Below, one piece after another: positions 28,024 to 36,043 of a stretch of DNA of 64,000 nt. The first letter of the stretch is position 1, and the number at the start of each line of letters is the position of its first letter. This DNA is from Eubacteriales bacterium. Lineage in GTDB: Bacteria; Bacillota; Clostridia; Oscillospirales; CAG-272. The DNA lies in assembly GCA_045658965.1 (NCBI GenBank), contig JAZOVZ010000086.1, positions 43,175 to 107,174 of the forward strand, written 5' to 3'. The position numbers and the translations under genes were made by a program. The notes under the pieces were generated by a model. It saw only the letters and a list, made by a program, of their open reading frames with translations, was not told where the DNA came from and did not search any database.

Positions 28024-29478
28024 TTATTCAATCAGAACTTTACCATCTGTACAAATGACTTGAATTTGGTGATCGGTACAAAGAACATCTCCGCTCCCTA
28101 CATGCATAATCCATTCGGCTTTTGTACCATTATAATTTATGGTACGAAGCGTACTCTTGGAAAACGCCCAACTTCCAATAATCACGTATGGGTATGGTAT
28201 ATTAAGAATCTCAATAGTGCAGCCATAAAATGCTTTATCCTGAATTGTTTTAGTGTTTTTCGAAAGCTCTACTACATTCAAATCTTCACAACCCGAAAAC
28301 GCCTCCCAACTGATTGTCTCCAAACTAACGGGAATGATGATTTTGATCAGGCCCGATCCGTAGAACGCACCAGATCCTAAAGTTAACAAACTATCCGGCA
28401 GAGTAATTTTTTGCAGTGCTGAACAGTTTCTAAATGCGTAATCCCCAATCGTTAACACGTTTCCATTGAACGTAACCTGCTTTAGATACGCGTTAGACGA
28501 ACACATTTCCTCGGGGATATGGAGCACGTTTGATGGAATTACAATTTCTTTTAGCTTTGCATTTTTAAACGCAGCTTTTCCAATAGCGACCAAACTTTCC
28601 GGCAAATTAATGGTCTCAAGATTTGGACAGGCAAACGCATATGATCCTATTTCATTCAATCTTTCAGGCAATATCACCTCTTGCAGTCCCGTGTGATTTT
28701 CAAATGCATGATCCGCTATACTTTTGACGGGTATGCCCTCTATTTCTTCCGGAATAATCACGCGATATCGATAATCGGATTCACTCTGTGATTCATTCGT
28801 GAATCCTAAAACCACAAATAAGTCTCCACGCTCGTTCAATTGATACTGTACATCCTGATCATCCACACGAATCACACCGGGTTCTAACGGAGGCAAAGTT
28901 TCTGTTTCCGATTCAAATTCAGTATCCGTTTCCGTTTGGGTATCCGTCTCACCTATGATTGCATCAACCTCATCCTTATGATCGATATAATACTCATAAA
29001 GTCTTTCCAGGAAATCTCCAAGATCCTGCATGCTCTCGCCTACCAATCCATCGCTTTGCATGGATTGCAGCTTGTTGATGACCGAATCATCCGTACCTGC
29101 GCCGAGAGCGTTGAAGAGCTCTTCGGTAAACTTCCATTCGATCCAATTCAGCTGCAACAGACTTTGCGCAGGCGGTGTGGGTGCATCGGGATCGTCCGGA
29201 TCTGCGGGCTGCTGATCCAACGGGAACAGCACGTTCTCGATGACTTGGCTGCCCCATTCTTGCACGGGCTTGCTGCCAAGCACGATAAAAGACAGCGGCA
29301 GAGAGACAAGCAGCATGGAGAACACCAAAGCAAGGCAGGCTGCGCTGATCAGGATGCCGCGGTTTCTCTTTCGGCGTCTTGATTTGAGAATAGACAGCTT
29401 GGTTTCATACTGCACGTACTCAATGATATACTTTTGGTCAATGGCGGAAATCGCATCAATCATCACGTTTTTGTTCAT
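28024..29478 (-). CDS. Membrane-anchored sigma partner with BspA-type leucine-rich-repeat ectodomain, cassette 2
   Basis: Its ATG overlaps the sigma stop (ATGA 29475-29478). Order of parts: N-terminal IDAISAIDQKYIIEYV, a basic stretch, a TM helix (GILISAACLALVFSMLLVSLPLSFIVL), a conserved juxtamembrane module, an acidic T/E linker, then repeats of about 23 aa of the type IPxxVxxIGxxAFxxCxxLxxI (LRR_5/BspA-like). Confidence 0.7.
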   Translation of the reverse strand: MNKNVMIDAISAIDQKYIIEYVQYETKLSILKSRRRKRNRGILISAACLALVFSMLLVSLPLSFIVLGSKPVQEWGSQVIENVLFPLDQQPADPDDPDAPTPPAQSLLQLNWIEWKFTEELFNALGAGTDDSVINKLQSMQSDGLVGESMQDLGDFLERLYEYYIDHKDEVDAIIGETDTQTETDTEFESETETLPPLEPGVIRVDDQDVQYQLNERGDLFVVLGFTNESQSESDYRYRVIIPEEIEGIPVKSIADHAFENHTGLQEVILPERLNEIGSYAFACPNLETINLPESLVAIGKAAFKNAKLKEIVIPSNVLHIPEEMCSSNAYLKQVTFNGNVLTIGDYAFRNCSALQKITLPDSLLTLGSGAFYGSGLIKIIIPVSLETISWEAFSGCEDLNVVELSKNTKTIQDKAFYGCTIEILNIPYPYVIIGSWAFSKSTLRTINYNGTKAEWIMHVGSGDVLCTDHQIQVICTDGKVLIE

Positions 29479-30050
29479 AGCCCGATTCCCTCCTCTGCCA
29501 GCTTTTGTTTGAGGGATTGCTTGATGTACGCGATCTGCTTGGAGACCTTGGAGCGACTCACGCCCATTTCGCTTGCAATGTCATCGATCGACTTGCCGAA
29601 ATAGTATCTGCCAAGGAAAATATACCGTTGATCCTTGTCAAGGCTTGCAATATACGCCTCAATGACCATAGCCAGCATGCGTACATCATCGGTTTCGCGC
29701 GCATCTGCCAGCACGTCTTCCAGATCTGAGAGCGATACGGCTTGGCTCATCGCGGCTCTTTTCTGCGCCTTTTGCCTGCGACCGACCATCAAGGACTGGT
29801 TGCGGATAATGGCAGCCAAAAAGGCTTTGAGCAAATACGGACGCTCGGGCGGAATGGTGTTCCAGGCAGACAGGTAGGTGTCATTCAGGCATTCCTCACA
29901 GTCTTGCATGTCTTTTAAAATGTTATATGCCACCTTGAGCAAATACGCTCTGTATTTGTCATCGGTGTGTTTGATAGCATTCTCATTGCGCGCCCAATAT
30001 AGTGCAATGATCTCTTCGTCACTCAGAATGCGGACGTAATTCGTTTCCAT
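29475..30050 (-). CDS. RNA polymerase sigma-70 family (ECF-like) factor, cassette 2
   Basis: ALYWARNENAIKHTDDKYRAYLLKVAYNILKDMQDCEECLNDTYLSAWNTIPPERP plus a C-terminal HTH (IDDIASEMGVSRSKVSKQIAYIKQSLKQKL). Confidence 0.85.
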   Translation of the reverse strand: METNYVRILSDEEIIALYWARNENAIKHTDDKYRAYLLKVAYNILKDMQDCEECLNDTYLSAWNTIPPERPYLLKAFLAAIIRNQSLMVGRRQKAQKRAAMSQAVSLSDLEDVLADARETDDVRMLAMVIEAYIASLDKDQRYIFLGRYYFGKSIDDIASEMGVSRSKVSKQIAYIKQSLKQKLAEEGIGL

Positions 30051-30141
30051 ATCGTTCTCCTTTCAGCATCCTTCACCCTTATAGATGCGTTTTTTTAGAA
30101 AAAGTGTACGGTTTTGCTAAAATTTTTTTATTTTTTTAAAA

Positions 30142-30165
30142 TCGGTGGGAGCAAGCCCCCACCGA
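30142..30165 (-). terminator. Rho-independent terminator of the 3xTM-protein/fucosidase operon
   Basis: TCGGTGGG (30142-30149) pairs with CCCACCGA (30158-30165). On the minus strand it is followed by TTTTAAAAAAATAAAAAAA and lies 9 nt after the fucosidase stop. Confidence 0.7.
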
Positions 30166-30173
30166 AAGTAATG

Positions 30174-31142
30174 TTATTCCTCTCTCTTGCCAACCTCGCG
30201 CAGAATTTCAAGCGCGGGCACGGGGATACGTCCTAAGTGGTCGGGGCCTACGTTGAGCAGGTAGTTGACGCCGCGGTCGTTGAGGTGTTTCTTGATGCGA
30301 ATGACCTCGTCGGCATTCTTCCAGTTATCGTCGAAATACTTAAAGCCCCAGGTATCGTTGAGCGTGGTGGGAGATTCCACCAGAATATCCTCCATATACT
30401 CATTGGGGATGACATTGTCGCCCATGGATACGTAGTCGCCAAGTCCGTTACCAATGCGGGAATTCAGCAGGCATTCGGGCTGCAGCTCCTTGACAAGATC
30501 GCGCAATTCCTTGGATTGCTCGGGCGTGATCTGAAAAGGCGTATCACACCAAAGCAGGCAAATATCGCCGTACTTGGTCAAAATTTCGCGGATCTGCGGC
30601 AGGATCTTTGCGCGGAAGCATTGCTCGTAATTCTTTTGATCGTCGTTCGGGAAATCCCAGTTGTTGGTCCAATGCGTGTCGTCAATATTGAGGTGCGAGG
30701 GGTGATAACCGCCACCGTTGGGCTCGTGCCAATCAAGCTCCTGCGAATAATACAGACCCAGCTTCAGACCGTGCTTTTTGCAAGCCGCAGCGATCTCACC
30801 GATCACGTCTCTGCCAAAGGGCGTTGCGTCCACCACGTTGTAGTTGTCGTACTCGGATTTGAACATGCAAAAACCGTCGTGGTGCTTACTGGTCACGACC
30901 ATGTAATTCATGCCCGCATCCTTGGCAAGCTTGACCCATTCCTCGGCGTCAAAATAAATGGGATTGAACGCCTTTGCAAGCTGCGAGTATTCCTCGTTCG
31001 GAATACGGAAATACGCCTGCGCCCATTCTGCGATCATGCCGATGCGCTTTCCGCGGTGCTCCCCTGCCAGCAGCGAATACAGACCCCAGTGGATCATCAA
31101 ACCGAATTTAGCCTCTTTTTTGAACCATTCCTTATTGGTCAT
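30174..31142 (-). CDS. Alpha-L-fucosidase, GH29 catalytic domain, no signal peptide
   Basis: FGLMIHWGLYSLLA...EWVKLAKDAGMNYMVVTSKHHDGFCMFKS...YN are hallmark GH29 blocks. It is 322 aa and starts directly with MTNKEWFKKE, with no hydrophobic leader. Confidence 0.85.
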   Translation of the reverse strand: MTNKEWFKKEAKFGLMIHWGLYSLLAGEHRGKRIGMIAEWAQAYFRIPNEEYSQLAKAFNPIYFDAEEWVKLAKDAGMNYMVVTSKHHDGFCMFKSEYDNYNVVDATPFGRDVIGEIAAACKKHGLKLGLYYSQELDWHEPNGGGYHPSHLNIDDTHWTNNWDFPNDDQKNYEQCFRAKILPQIREILTKYGDICLLWCDTPFQITPEQSKELRDLVKELQPECLLNSRIGNGLGDYVSMGDNVIPNEYMEDILVESPTTLNDTWGFKYFDDNWKNADEVIRIKKHLNDRGVNYLLNVGPDHLGRIPVPALEILREVGKREE

Positions 31143-31146
31143 TGCC

Positions 31147-31731
31147 TTACTCTCCTATCTTACCGTTATATGTAAAGAATTTGGTGTTATATGCATATGC
31201 GACCTCTGCGTCACCCAAGCGTCTGACTATATAAAACTTGTCACCGCGCAACGAGGTGTTCTCCAGCCCCTTGGGCGAGATGTACATTTCCTTACTCCAA
31301 GCGTACAGCGTTTCGATCTCGGGCACACGCCATTGCGAGTTATAGAATTTGAACACGGTCACGCTCTTGGTATAGTGCATCCTGTTCCCGCCTCTGGTAT
31401 AGCTACGTTGCACGTGCGGCTCATACACGGTTTCCTGATCGATATGCGAAAGCGTGTCGATCTCTACGACAAAATCACAATTATGCTCGACCTCAAACAC
31501 AACATCATTGTCGGCTTGATTTTGCTTGAAATATAAGTAAATCGGCACGATAGCAACAAGACCGATCAGCACACCAAGCAACACGTGCACGTAAATGCCC
31601 GCCGCCAAAGCCGCAGCAGCAATCGGCATTACCCAAACCAGTGTTTTGTTATCGTTATTTTTCGCTTTTTTGACTTCATTGCCCAGCACGTCACGGCGAA
31701 TCGCCTCGTCTGTCAATATCTCTTTGGTCAT
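31147..31731 (-). CDS. Hypothetical 2-TM membrane protein, paralogue 1 of 3
   Basis: A charged N-terminus, 2 TM helices (VWVMPIAAAALAAGIYVHVLLGVLIGLVAIVPIYLYF), then a roughly 110-aa soluble domain ending GDKFYIVRRL...YNTKFFTY. The SD for the fucosidase gene (GGAGAG) lies in its last codons. Confidence 0.7.
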   Translation of the reverse strand: MTKEILTDEAIRRDVLGNEVKKAKNNDNKTLVWVMPIAAAALAAGIYVHVLLGVLIGLVAIVPIYLYFKQNQADNDVVFEVEHNCDFVVEIDTLSHIDQETVYEPHVQRSYTRGGNRMHYTKSVTVFKFYNSQWRVPEIETLYAWSKEMYISPKGLENTSLRGDKFYIVRRLGDAEVAYAYNTKFFTYNGKIGE

Positions 31732-31737
31732 ATCGTT

Positions 31738-32304
31738 TTACTCCTTATATACAAAGAACTTTTCGCTGTACAGATCCACGACCGTTTGCGGATCGTTTTT
31801 CATGGTGACAACGATATATGTATCACCGTATTCGGACATCTGCAGCCAGACCGATAATCTTGACGGGCAGCTTGAGCCGTTTCGCTTATCATGGTAAATG
31901 CGATATTCCTTGCCGCCCTCAAAGGAAACGACATCATAACCGTAATCCCTCAAGGAATGCCACGGGTCAAACTCCACGAAGCTTAAAAACTTGGCGCGCT
32001 CAATGACGACCTGCGAGCCGTCCTCGTTTTTGACCGCGCGGATCAGCGTAACCGTTTTGTATATCAGATATGCGCATACCGCTGCAAGCGCCAGCATAAC
32101 AACGCCGCAAAACGCCATAAAACCCACCGCTTGATCTGCGGGCTCTTTTGCAAGCTCTTTGAACAGCCGGGATGCAAAGATCGCAAACACGATTGCCGTG
32201 ATCACGCCTGCCGCACCGTATATCGGGAAATAGAAATACGCGCCGCGGTTGAATTTTTTAAGCAGCATTTCCCTTGTAATAACTTCTCTTCTGTCTTCTT
32301 GCAC
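31738..32304 (-). CDS. Hypothetical 2-TM membrane protein, paralogue 2 of 3
   Basis: I reassigned the start to GTG-32304, which is preceded by GGAGGG-ATAAC and lies 1 nt after the stop of the upstream paralogue. The ORF-track TTG-32337 would overlap by 32 nt. It has 2 TM helices and a C-terminal domain ending GDTYIVVTM...YSEKFFVY. Confidence 0.65.
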   Translation of the reverse strand: MQEDRREVITREMLLKKFNRGAYFYFPIYGAAGVITAIVFAIFASRLFKELAKEPADQAVGFMAFCGVVMLALAAVCAYLIYKTVTLIRAVKNEDGSQVVIERAKFLSFVEFDPWHSLRDYGYDVVSFEGGKEYRIYHDKRNGSSCPSRLSVWLQMSEYGDTYIVVTMKNDPQTVVDLYSEKFFVYKE

Positions 32305-32305
32305 G

Positions 32306-32890
32306 TTATCCCTCCGTTCCTTGTGCCATATCGTCAACGTATTCGTACATTGCCTCGGGATAAATCATCTGCAGCTCCCAGCTCTTTTTCTGATAGATCA
32401 CCAAAATAAAAGACTGCCCCACGCCGAACTTGTCGCGTGCGCGGTTTTTCTCGGACTCTGTCCACAGCCCCTCTTTCATGGTAAAGGTGTTTCCGCGCGC
32501 AAATTCAAACACGTCGTATTCGATTTCTTTTAACGTGTGCGTGCGGTGGCTGTAATAGGTTTCCACGCACTTGCGCACTTCGGTCAGCGTGTCAATCACC
32601 ACGGTGACGTCGCCTTCCATAATGCTCTGCTTCTTTTGGTGCATTTCCCCAACCCGCCTGAAGCCTCCATAGAGCAAAACAGGTATTGCGGCACAAGGTA
32701 TAATGCCAAAAACAAAGCCACCCAATCTGTTGACGTCGCTCCACATCCAGTTTGCCACGAAAAGCATGACCAAAAAAGGGACGCACGCACCGAACGAGAT
32801 AGCGATCATCATACCGAATTTGTCGGTCGCGCGCTCAGTCATGGTACGCAATATATCGGATTTTTTGAGTATTTTTCTCTGCTCTTCCAT
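32306..32890 (-). CDS. Hypothetical 2-TM membrane protein, paralogue 3 of 3
   Basis: I set the start at ATG-32890 (MEEQRKILKK), preceded by AAGGAGAAGCGC. The ORF-track start at 32965 lies upstream of the mapped promoter. It has 2 TM helices and a C-terminal domain ending GQSFILVIY...YPEAMYEY. Confidence 0.7.
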   Translation of the reverse strand: MEEQRKILKKSDILRTMTERATDKFGMMIAISFGACVPFLVMLFVANWMWSDVNRLGGFVFGIIPCAAIPVLLYGGFRRVGEMHQKKQSIMEGDVTVVIDTLTEVRKCVETYYSHRTHTLKEIEYDVFEFARGNTFTMKEGLWTESEKNRARDKFGVGQSFILVIYQKKSWELQMIYPEAMYEYVDDMAQGTEG

Positions 32891-32923
32891 GCGCTTCTCC
32901 TTGCTTTGGCAATCATTATACAC

Positions 32924-32952
32924 ATTATACCAAATACACACACAAATGTCAA
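32924..32952 (-). promoter_or_regulatory. SigA-type promoter of the 3xTM-protein/fucosidase operon
   Basis: On the minus strand: TTGACA (32952-32947), a 17-nt spacer, then TATAAT (32929-32924). Confidence 0.75.
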
Positions 32953-32973
32953 CAAATCGCAACAAAAAGAGAT

Positions 32974-32999
32974 GCCCCGACGGGAAATCCCGTCGGGGC
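32974..32999 (-). terminator. Rho-independent terminator of sigma/LRR cassette 3
   Basis: GCCCCGACGGG (32974-32984) pairs with CCCGTCGGGGC (32989-32999). On the minus strand it is followed by ATCTCTTTTTGTTG. Confidence 0.8.
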
Positions 33000-33012
33000 T
33001 TGCGTATGTCGT

Positions 33013-35343
33013 TTAAGCAATTGTTTCACCGTCCGTACAAACAACGGTGATATTAATATAATTAAAACCTACAAAATTGATTTGCCGCCACTCTTCCAAC
33101 GTGCCTTCGTAGTAGATATGCGTCATAGAATCGCAGCCTTTGAATGCGGATTTTCCAATCGTTTTCACACTTACGGGTATCGTAATCGATTCTAACTGCT
33201 TTGCATCGTAAAACGCAAAGGTTTCGATCTTTTCGATCCCTGCGGGCACAACGTAATCCACTACACCGGAATAACTGAAGGTACTCTCGGGAATATTCAC
33301 GATGCGTTCGGGGAATACGACCTCTTGAATATTGTCGCAATATTGAAAGAGTCGCTTACCGATCGTGTCCACGGAGTCGGGAAATGCAATATAGGTCAAG
33401 GCGTTGCAATACTCAAATGCATTATTACCGATCTTTCTCAAACTACTGTTCTCTGCAAAATGCACATCGGTCAGCGAAACGCATCTGTTAAACGCGTCAT
33501 CTCCGATGCTGACTACGTTTGCTCCAATATTCACGGTCTTCAAGCTCCGACAAAGGAAAAACGCACTTTTGCCGATCGAATTGATCGAGCTGCTTAACTC
33601 AAGCTGCTCCAAAGAGGTACAGCCGTAGAATGCGCTTCCGCCGATATTTTTCACGCCTTTTTCAAGCACAACCGTTTTGAGCGCAGTACAGTCCATAAAT
33701 GCCGAGGTTGGAATGGATTCAAGGCTTCCGGGAATCGTCAGCTCCACAAGAGACGTGCATTCCTTGAAGGCATCGACCTCCATGACCTTCAGATCGTTTG
33801 GCAGCACCAGCTTCTGTAATTTCATGCATCCGGAAAATGCATGCTCGCGGATGGTTCGGTATTCCACAGTTGCGGGATCGCCATCCTCAAACACAACCTC
33901 CTCAAGATACGAGCACTCGTCAAACGTATACTTTTCAATAGTGGCAACACCCTTGGGGATGTGCACACGCTTCAGCGATGAGCATCTATGGAAGGCGCGT
34001 TCACCAAGCGTAACCAGTCCGCCTGGAAGATCAGCGCTGACCAATGCTTTGCAATCCTTGAAGGCATCGTTTTCAATGGTGTGTACAGAATCGGGCAGAT
34101 CTATGCTGCGCAAAGAAAGACATCCATTAAACGCGCTTTCTCTGATATGCTCAAGCGTGTCGGGAAGGCTGACCGAGTAAAGCACATTACACGCATTGAA
34201 CATATTGGCATTCAGAATCTTGATCGGTGCAAGGATTTCCACTTGGACGACTCCGGACGCTGCAAAGATTTCTCCGTCAAGCTCAGTACAGCTTTCGGGG
34301 ATGGTAAACTCTGTCAGTTCCCTGCAATTTTTGAATACTCTGACACCGATCGACTGCAAATTAGGTGAGCAGTATACTTCTTTTAGGAAAATGCACCCCA
34401 TAAACAATTCGTGCTCCAGCGCAATGACGCTGTCGGGGATATGAATACTCTTAAGTGATGAGCAATTCACAAAGGCTTGCTGCCCGATGGTTTGCAGGCT
34501 TTCGGGCAACGTAATATTAGACAATTTTGTGCAATCGCGGAAGGCTTCCCTACCGATCGCGCTCACACCATCGGGAATATAGATCTCTTCAATATCGGTC
34601 TTTCGAAAAGCCTCCTCCCAAATCTCGGTAACGGGCTTTCCGTCGTAGGTAACGGGAATGATGATGACCTTATCCGTGCAATCTCCTATACCTGATACGG
34701 CATAGCTTTCACCGCCCGACAGTTCCTTGTACTTAAGCCCTTTGCTTCCATCCACATCATAACTCGGGTCGGGCTCGGGCTCGGGCTCGGGCTCGGTTTC
34801 GGATTCCTGCTGGCTTTCGGTCTCCTTTTCATCAGGCGGTAAATCCGTACCGTCTTTATGCTTCAGGTAATACTCATAAAGCTTGGCAAGGAACTCTCCA
34901 AGGCTTTGCATGCTATCGCCTGCAAGCGTACCGCCTTGCATGGATTGCATCTTATCAATGACAGAATCCTCGGTGCCCGCTCCTAAAGCATTAAAGAATT
35001 CCTCTGCGAATTTCCATTCGACCCAATTGATCAGCAGGTCCTCGGGGTTGATATTCTCCCCGTCGTCAGTTTCCTTATCAAGCGGGAACAGGATATTCTC
35101 CACGCCCTCGGATACGGCTGAGTTGATCTTTTCCGCATTGAAGACGTAAATAAGCGGTACAGACGTGATAAGCAGCGCGAAAATCAATATCATTGCAACG
35201 GCAGCGGCAAGCAAAGTCACCAGATATTTTTTGGTTTTGCCTGTCCTGCGGCGGCTGCGCAATCTTTGATCCATAAGCACGTAGGACTCCAGCAGTTCGG
35301 GATCGATCATGCCTACGGCATCAAACAACATGGCTTTTTTCAT
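33013..35343 (-). CDS. Membrane-anchored sigma partner with long BspA-type LRR ectodomain, cassette 3
   Basis: It overlaps the sigma stop as ATGA (35340-35343). Order of parts: N-terminal FDAVGMIDPELLESYV, a basic stretch, a TM helix (YLVTLLAAAVAMILIFALLITSVPLIYVF), a juxtamembrane module shared with cassette 2 (ENILFPLD...INWVEWKFAEEFFNALGAGTEDSVIDKMQSMQ...LYEYYLKHKD), an acidic EPEPEPEP linker, then more than 20 LRR_5-like repeats (ITLPESLQTIGQQAFVNCSSLKSIHIPDSV...). Confidence 0.75.
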   Translation of the reverse strand: MKKAMLFDAVGMIDPELLESYVLMDQRLRSRRRTGKTKKYLVTLLAAAVAMILIFALLITSVPLIYVFNAEKINSAVSEGVENILFPLDKETDDGENINPEDLLINWVEWKFAEEFFNALGAGTEDSVIDKMQSMQGGTLAGDSMQSLGEFLAKLYEYYLKHKDGTDLPPDEKETESQQESETEPEPEPEPDPSYDVDGSKGLKYKELSGGESYAVSGIGDCTDKVIIIPVTYDGKPVTEIWEEAFRKTDIEEIYIPDGVSAIGREAFRDCTKLSNITLPESLQTIGQQAFVNCSSLKSIHIPDSVIALEHELFMGCIFLKEVYCSPNLQSIGVRVFKNCRELTEFTIPESCTELDGEIFAASGVVQVEILAPIKILNANMFNACNVLYSVSLPDTLEHIRESAFNGCLSLRSIDLPDSVHTIENDAFKDCKALVSADLPGGLVTLGERAFHRCSSLKRVHIPKGVATIEKYTFDECSYLEEVVFEDGDPATVEYRTIREHAFSGCMKLQKLVLPNDLKVMEVDAFKECTSLVELTIPGSLESIPTSAFMDCTALKTVVLEKGVKNIGGSAFYGCTSLEQLELSSSINSIGKSAFFLCRSLKTVNIGANVVSIGDDAFNRCVSLTDVHFAENSSLRKIGNNAFEYCNALTYIAFPDSVDTIGKRLFQYCDNIQEVVFPERIVNIPESTFSYSGVVDYVVPAGIEKIETFAFYDAKQLESITIPVSVKTIGKSAFKGCDSMTHIYYEGTLEEWRQINFVGFNYINITVVCTDGETIA

Positions 35344-35924
35344 ACCGTGTAGCCCTCCTTTTCAAGTGCACTTTTCAAGGAAGTCCTGATGTAGGCAACG
35401 TCTGCATTGACCGTAGAGCGTGCAACGCCAAGCACCTGCGCGATCTCGTCAAGCGGTTGCGCATCGTAATAACGGGCAAAGAATACGTATCTCTTTCGTT
35501 CGTCCAGCGTGCGCAGCCATGCGCTGATCACCTCGGCAAGCTGCGCTGCATCACTTTCGGTGTAATCATCGCCATCCTCAAGGGCATATCCCTGCAGATC
35601 CTCAAAGGATGCAACAAAGCATGGGGGTATGCTCTTTTTGCGGTGCTTTTGTCGGTAGCGGTCAATTGCCTGATTACGCATGATGCTGCCAACAAAGGCT
35701 TGCAGCACGCGCGGTCGCTTGGGCGGAATGGCATTCCATGTGTCTAAATAGGTGTTGTTAAGGCATTCCTCACTATCCTGCATATCCTGCAGGACGTTAT
35801 ATGCCGTCCTGAGCAGATAATTGCGATATTTTTGATCCGTATGCTTGATCGCGGCTTCATCCCGCGCCCAATACAGCTCAATGATCGCTTCATCGCTGAG
35901 CATATAGCTGTTTTCTTGCTTCAT
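35340..35924 (-). CDS. RNA polymerase sigma-70 family (ECF-like) factor, cassette 3
   Basis: ELYWARDEAAIKHTDQKYRNYLLRTAYNVLQDMQDSEECLNNTYLDTWNAIPPKRP plus an HTH (LDEIAQVLGVARSTVNADVAYIRTSLKSALEKE). An RBS AAAGGAG is present. Confidence 0.85.
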   Translation of the reverse strand: MKQENSYMLSDEAIIELYWARDEAAIKHTDQKYRNYLLRTAYNVLQDMQDSEECLNNTYLDTWNAIPPKRPRVLQAFVGSIMRNQAIDRYRQKHRKKSIPPCFVASFEDLQGYALEDGDDYTESDAAQLAEVISAWLRTLDERKRYVFFARYYDAQPLDEIAQVLGVARSTVNADVAYIRTSLKSALEKEGYTV

Positions 35925-36007
35925 AATGCTTCTCCTTTATATGTCCTTCACCTATATAGACGATGATTTGTCGGGAAATGTCCGACGTTTTTTGAAATTT
36001 TTTCAAA

Positions 36008-36033
36008 AAACGGGCGAAAAATTTCGCCCGTTT
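36008..36033 (-). terminator. Rho-independent terminator of asnS
   Basis: AAACGGGCG (36008-36016) pairs with CGCCCGTTT (36025-36033). On the minus strand it is followed by a T-run (TTTTTTGAAAAAATTT) and lies 10 nt after the asnS stop. Confidence 0.8.
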
Positions 36034-36043
36034 CTGTTTTTGA

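Noticed and set aside
26397-28031. 544-aa ORF antisense to kdgA/kdgK
   Set aside because: It is opposite two confidently identified genes, spans their intergenic gap, has low-complexity antisense-type composition, and carries no motifs.
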